Shown here one piece after another: positions 40,330 through 46,050 of a stretch of 46,050 nucleotides of DNA. Location: assembly GCF_001186125.1 (NCBI RefSeq), contig NW_014040199.1:1-46050 (forward strand), read 5' to 3'. The translations under genes and the position numbers were made by a program. This DNA comes from Sphaeroforma arctica JP610. Taxonomy: Eukaryota. Every line of letters starts with the position of its first letter. Position 1 is the stretch's first letter. Below the pieces are notes generated by a model. That model saw nothing but the letters and a program-made list of their open reading frames with translations. It searched no databases and had not been told where the DNA came from.

Positions 40330-43300
40330 AACCGAAGTAGGATTTTGTGTGTCAAACTGTGTGTAAGTAGAAGAAGGATTTTGTGTGTAAAGTATTCATG
40401 CTTGGGTTTGGCTAGACATTTGGTTAAGAGGTCAGCAGGGTTATCATATGTATTGATGTAACTGATATTGATCATCCCTTGGTGTGCACAGTCACGTATA
40501 TAGTGTGCACGGACCTCAATATGTTTTAGTCCCTTCGCCGTGCCGGTGCCGAGTGCGGCCCTTATGGCTGATTGTATTGGTTGTCAATGTGGAGGTGAGT
40601 CGGGTGTGAGGTTGTCTGTCCGAGAGCATTGAGAACGTTGCGAACCCAGCGGTGTCCCTTGTGGTTTCATAAGCAGCAATGTATTCTGCTTCCGTGGAGC
40701 TAATACTAACCGTCTTTTGTTTCTGGCTCCTCCAATGGAGGAGTGTTATTGATGCAAATGATGGTGCCCATGTGGGACTTGTGTGTGAGGGGGCAGGAGC
40801 CCCAGTCGGAATCCGTGAACGCAGTTATGTGCTGATCAAGAGGTCGAGAGTCAGGAGCAACCGTGTATTCGAGAGCCAGGGACTTGGTAGTCATCAGGTA
40901 ATGGAGAATACGAGTGAGGGCATCGTAGTGGGAAGTAATGGGCGCGATGCTAAATGTCGCAAGCTGATTAATAAGAGCACACGCGATGTCAGGGCGTGTC
41001 ATGTTGGCGGCAAAGCCAAGAGCTCCGAGAAGCTTGCGGTATTTGCCATGAAATAAAGGGCCAGTGAGTGTACCTGGGTGGGCGCCGGAGCTGGGAGTGT
41101 TTTTGGGCAGGGCAGTAGAAGCCTGGAAAGTGAAGGGCATTCGCTCGATGTATGATGCATCTTGCAATATAGCGATGGAGCCGAAAGGTTGTTGGACTAT
41201 ACGGAGGCCCACAAGATGGTGAGCTGATCCAAGATTCTTCATGCTGTAGGTGCGGGATAACTGGATGAATAGCCAATCGGCACTGTCGGAGTTGTGGGTG
41301 ATTGCCGGGACTACTTCGTCAACGTAAACAAGAAGGATGATATCGCGAGATGTATGGATCCAAATATTTTCGTCTTGGGCACTCTGGCGGAATCCGAGGT
41401 GGCAGAGTGTACGCCCAATATCCTAATTCCATAGGCGGCCGGCCTGTTTCAGGCCGTAGAGACCGCGGAGCAGTTTAAGGACGGTGTTCGGTGGATAGTG
41501 GCCCAATTCAACACTGCCCTTGGGAGGGTACATGAAGACTGGGGTATCGAGCTTAGAGCATAGGTAGGCTGTGTTGACATCGAACTGATGGACAGTCTTG
41601 TTTTTGAATGCGGCCATAGCCAGGAAGGTCCGTAGGGTGGTGGATGACGATGTGTCCCAAAAGGAGTCGTCATGGAGTTGTTCGTCACCCCTCGCCACCA
41701 TGCGATCCTTATGAATGGTAAGAGCTTCATTTTCGTCGTGTTTACGTGTAAACACATACTTAGAGTGGATTATTTTAGCCTGAGGTGGGACGGAGAACAA
41801 GGGAATGATGTCGGCTAACTGGTTACGAGAGTGACACTGCGTTCGCGGTCGATAGCTTCGGACCAGGACGGCCATTCGGCGGATGCGCGTGCTTTAGAGA
41901 TACTTTTGGGCACAATGTCATCGAGTATATCAATAGCGTTACGTAGAGTAAATTCAGGCTTAGATGTAGGTGAAACGGTTCGTATGCTGTGGGTTAGTTG
42001 GTGTTGGCGGTGTGCGAGGTGCCGTCTCTGAGATGCAATCTTGGAACACGTGGTACATTGTGGGGATCGCATGATTGGTGGTCATGTTGAAGAAGAGCGA
42101 TCTGAGCTTTGACGGAATCAGAGAAGTCGGCAGCAGGGCCAGGGTCGTAGACGTTTGTGTCTGGAGCCAAGTTGAGATTGAAGGCGAAATCCTAGGTAAT
42201 GTCCGGGAGAGATGGCGTGGATGAAGCTAATGGAATGGCGACTGGGGGTGGGGGGATGATAGGGGGGAGTGGGAGAGGAGAAGGAACGGGGGGTATATCA
42301 TCGCTGGGGACGTGATCGCTGGTAGGCGCCCGGGGTAGGGGGATAGGGGAAGGGGCCGGGAGTATAGGTGGGGATAGAGGGACAGCGGTAGTCCGGGGCG
42401 GGATGGCGATGGGGGTAGGTACTGGAGGTACAGGGTGCGGGTTAGTCGTCTGAGGTGTGGCGATGGGGGTAGGCGCTGGGGGCACAGATGGCGGTAGGGG
42501 TATGGGAGAGAGAACAGGAGGGATAAAGGGGATATCAACGGCAATGTGGCGAGAAGCAGTAGCCCAGCCGGGGAGCATAACCCAGGACGATGGTGTGAAA
42601 CTGCGGGTGACATGTTTCCCGGAAGACGACCATTGAGGGCGTTCCTCAGTGAAGAATTGAACATCTCGGCTGTGGAGGATCTGTTGGGTTGAGAAACTCT
42701 GGATCTTGAATGTGTCGTTGGTGCCGTGGAGTGTATAACCAAGTAAGACACCGAAGCCACATTGGGGGCTTTATTTGTGGAGATTGGGGGTACCGGAAGC
42801 TTTGTGGATTTTATATGCGACGACGCATCCGAATCGCATGTGTGGAAAGAACAGCTAGGTGAGAATAGCTTGGAGTTCCTCGGTGGGGTCCGGTTGCGGA
42901 GGGTATCGGCGAATGCCTTTGCAAAGCCCCATAGAGGGAGAGGTATGTCGTTCTCGAGAAGGAGACAGCGAACCAAGTTGTTGAGGGTCGCGTGTTGCCG
43001 TTCGACGATGGAATTCATTTGTGGGGTATGGGGGGGGGCGTAACTCGGAGTTGTATGCCGAGAGATGTACAGTGGTCCTTCAAGATGGCACTCTGGAGGA
43101 CAGAGTCACGATCAGCTGTGAGAGTGTGAGGCTTCCAATGGGGCGGTATGCGTGTGAGAAGCTTGCCGACATGTTATTCTAATGGCATCTTAGTGGGCAG
43201 GTTTTTGTGGAGCCCGAAGGTTGATCCTTTGTCCACCATATTTAATGCGTAGATATTGCCGTCACGGTCCCTGGGAATGGGACCCTGTAAGTCTATATGG

Positions 43301-45041
43301 AGCTTCTCTGCAGGGCCATATATGGTGTCAGTGGAGGAATGAGATACGCCCTTTGCTCTGAGTTTGGCTTCGATGCATACGGGACAATGTTTCTCATATT
43401 CTGGATTCGCTCGAGCATGCATGATGGCAGCGGTAAGGGCCGGGAAGTGGCGAACAGCTGTGTGAAGTGGTCCGACGAGGGCAACGATTGTGTAAAGCCA
43501 GGATGGTTTTTCGACGATGTTTGTACCGTGACGGAGAAATGTTGAGTCGGTATTCTTAATAAGAAATGGGTCACATTGGAAGCGAGCACTTACTGCCGTC
43601 CACCATTTTGCACAGGGACGAAGGGGGATGACCATGGCGAGTGTGGCATTTTGGTGGCTGTACTGGTTAATTTGTATATGTCGGAACAGAGAGGGTTTCC
43701 ATATGCTCGTTCGGAGAGGAAGTCAAAATGTCGCCGTGTCAACGTGGATGGACGATTTGTGGGTGATGGTTGATTCGTCTGCCAGTTGAAGTGGGAAGCG
43801 ACCTTGCTCCATGGAGATAAGTCGGTGACGAGCATGGGTGTTGAGGTAATTAACAGTTGCGCCCCCGTCTATGAGGAGAGGGGCCTGGTGTGGTAGTGAC
43901 GTATTGTTGTCTGTGTGTTGGATTCGGGTTACAACGTATTCCGGAGGGGGGAGTTGGGGAATAGACAGAGCATAGGGAAAATTGATTTTATTTGCGCACT
44001 TACTACATACGATTGCCAAGTCATTTTGACGATTGCAGTTGGTACAAGATAGTGCAGTTGATTTGCAGTCTCGTGCGGTGTGCTGTTTGTCCTCACATTT
44101 GCCACAGACTTTCGTGCATCGGCCGGAGTGGTGCTGTGTGGACCAGCACACGTAGCCCAGGAACTGGCGGTGTGTGGGTGCAACTGGCGTTGTGGTTATA
44201 GCGGTAGGAGCAGTCAGTTTGTTGACTCCCATTCTTCAATGTATAGACAAAGATCTTAAATGTAAATGGCACGTCGCGTGGCAGTGGAATGACCGAGAAG
44301 ATAGCCTTTGGTCTGTTCCTGATAGGAATCAGGAAGACCAGATAAGTATAAATCTTGTGCGTAGTCGTTGGAGAAAGAAGTGCCCTGTTCTTGTGCGTTC
44401 TTATTAAAGGAGTTCGCATCGAAAAGCCCATTCTCGGAGTGCCTCATCGTCTTTGCGCCGGAAGCGTCGAAGGTAAGCGTGATTAATGTTCTTCTTGTCC
44501 TTTGTAGAGTGGTGTTTAATTCTACGGATCAACGTATGAAAGCAACGTATCATTATGGAGAGAAGTCCGTGGTTGTGGAAAGAAAGCGAAGAATGATCTG
44601 GTGGGCTCTCTGGTATGCACCAGTTTCCTTCTGGACAGTTAGCAAATTGTGCCGCAGCCATGTCGTTAGTCGATCTAACGTCATAGTCGAGCAGTGGTCG
44701 GAGATCAGTAGTGTATTCGGTTGCGGCGGCTAAATAAGGATCTGTTTTCTATGTATCGTACTGGTGTCCAGATAGTCTAGGATGTTCCATGTCCATTTGG
44801 TTGTGTGTTTATCGTTGGTGGATAACATCGTGGAGAGTTTGGGTGGGTTGGTAATCACAGGGGTGTGAGTAAAGGGGTATGCTTCGGGGCGTTGGCGTGG
44901 TCGGCGGGGAAGGGGTGCAGTCCTGTCGGTTGGTAAGCGTTCCGGAGGAGTAGCGTAGCCTTCGTCGTTGGGGGTGGGTGGTAGTGGGACTTCTGCATCA
45001 ATCTGTAGAACAGAGTCTTCATCCGGTCGATGATCGCCCAT
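40330..45041 (-). pseudogene. copia gag-pol polyprotein, frameshifted
   Basis: Gag CCHC knuckles (CGKCEDKQHTARDC); protease LLIDGGAT; integrase CPVC, KLHIDLQGP, TADRDS, PQMNSIVER; Pro-rich linker 42192-42578; RT SKYVFTRK, RMVARG, QFDVNTAYL, LYGLKQAGRLWN, YVDE (altered YVDD); RNase H FTDSDWG, STEAEY, KHIEVR, NPADLLTK. Confidence 0.95.
43480..43735 (-). pseudogene. Putative Dam-like (DIRS-type) N6-adenine DNA methyltransferase domain remnant inside pol
   Basis: RHFDFLSERAYGNPLCSDIYKL (NPP[YF]-like, degenerate), then after a frameshift ATLAMVIPLRPCAKWWTAV...KPSWLYTIVAL, located just upstream of the integrase CPVC. Confidence 0.6.
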
Positions 45042-45045
45042 AACC
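45036..45045 (-). other. Primer-binding site complementary to the anticodon arm of initiator tRNA-Met
   Basis: GGTTATGGGC directly after the 5' LTR, the same type as the Drosophila copia half-tRNA PBS; it contains the first ATG of the gag-like ORF (45041). Confidence 0.85.
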
Positions 45046-45242
45046 TATTGGGATCTTCTAGAAACTTATGAACAGAATTGGTTATCATTTATTGAGAATA
45101 TTGGTTCATATTTGTACTATCAAGAAATCGGGTGAAAATTGTGGTTCAGTTATTGACCACATGTTTGTGGGACCACGGGCTAAGTCCCGGGAAAACCCAA
45201 GTTTGGTTTATACTCTGAGGGAGGAGTTGACTCGTCCCGAGA
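45046..45242 (-). repeat. 5' LTR (197 bp)
   Basis: Direct repeat of 40118-40319, bounded by the PBS and the TSD. Confidence 0.95.
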
Positions 45243-45364
45243 GTAGCACACTACCTTCGGTATCGAACGAGCAATTTGCAAAATAAAATAAGATTTGTTC
45301 TTCAGTATCTTTATGTCTGCTATTTACAGCACTAAAATAATTCCCGTTCAGCATTTAGGCTTAT

Positions 45365-45950
45365 CTAGAACCTTGGGGCGAATGTATGCTGCCATTCGTC
45401 TGGGTTTAACATTCAGGCGTTCGTGTCAACATGTATGGACGGCTTGTGAGTTAGAGTGATATTCCGAGACTTAGCGAGGTTTATAGTTGTGCCTTGCGAC
45501 TGAGGTGACCGTTGTTTCGGTGGAATTCATCATAAGTCATGGTGGTGGGTAGGTTGAGGGGTGGATCTGTGGTAGTAGCGATGGCTGCCAGTGGAGGGGG
45601 AAGCAGTGGTGGTCGCGGTGGTGATGGCTGTTTGGGTGAGACTGTGATGGTCTTTGAGCTAGATAGCGGATTGAAAAATGTATCCAGTTGTTCAAATGTA
45701 ATGTGGTAATCGCCATGTTTGCGTGGTATGGTAAGGGTATCAAGATTCTGCGAGAGTAGCTGTTATACGAGAGGGGGGCTGACGTAGGACATACCGACGT
45801 TGGGAAGCAGGCCTCGTTCTGTGATTAGGGTGGTAGATTCGTCCGCAAGTTGGAGTGGGAAGCGGCCTGCCTCAAGGCGGGTAACTCTGTGATGCGCGTG
45901 TGAATTGAAGTATTTAACAGTAGCGGCCCCGTCAATGAGAAGATGGGCGG
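45365..45950 (-). mobile_element. Fragment of a second, diverged copia of the same family (protease, pre-integrase HH, start of MTase-like insert)
   Basis: HLLIDGAATVKYFNSHAHHRVTRLEAGRFPLQLADEST matches element 1 PLLIDGGATVNYLNTHARHRLISMEQGRFPLQLADEST; followed by YDEFHRNNGHLSRKA and NLAKSRNITLTHKPSIHVDTNA*MLNPDEWQHTFAPRF. Confidence 0.88.
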
Positions 45951-46037
45951 GCTATGGAGTAGGCAATCTCCCTCTCATGGAAGCAGCGGACGGGACTAAA
46001 AGCTAGAAAATTTTGGAGACCAAGGACTCGAGTGCCT

Positions 46038-46050
46038 GAGAGAGAGAGAG
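46038..46050. repeat. (GA)n microsatellite at the window end
   Basis: gagagagagagag. Confidence 0.7.

Larger units (their letters stand above)
40118..45242 (-). mobile_element. Ty1/copia LTR retrotransposon, both LTRs present, internally decayed
   Basis: Two ~200-bp direct repeats; 5-bp TSD GTAGC at 40113-40117 and 45243-45247; PBS and PPT present; domain order gag-PR-IN-RT-RH. Confidence 0.97.

Noticed and set aside
42192..42578. Proline-rich ORF as a captured extensin-like host gene
   Set aside because: It sits in the variable integrase-RT linker of the copia pol, where low-complexity sequence is common.

Overview
Eukaryotic, intron-rich genomic DNA (GT-AG introns, (TA)n/(GT)n microsatellites, three N gaps); the lineage cannot be fixed from sequence alone. 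Left to right: (1) a decayed APE+RT LINE on the minus strand (1-~3390); (2) a multi-exon BT1 folate/biopterin transporter gene (minus, 3803-12275) that needs a 7-nt microexon to stay in frame; (3) a divergently transcribed LicD/fukutin-family type II membrane nucleotidyltransferase gene (plus, 12718-17547); (4) a ~17 kb VPS51 gene (minus, ~18432-35431); (5) an orphan ORF and an intron-retaining coiled-coil pseudogene; (6) a two-LTR but decayed Ty1/copia element (minus, 40118-45242, GTAGC target-site duplication) followed by a diverged fragment of the same family. Most unusual observation: read together, the two copia copies suggest a Dam-like (DIRS-type) N6-adenine DNA methyltransferase domain inserted between the HH and CC halves of the integrase zinc finger. 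Both LTRs also share non-canonical 5'-TC...TA-3' termini. All translations, splice models and alignments were done by eye and no database search was run.
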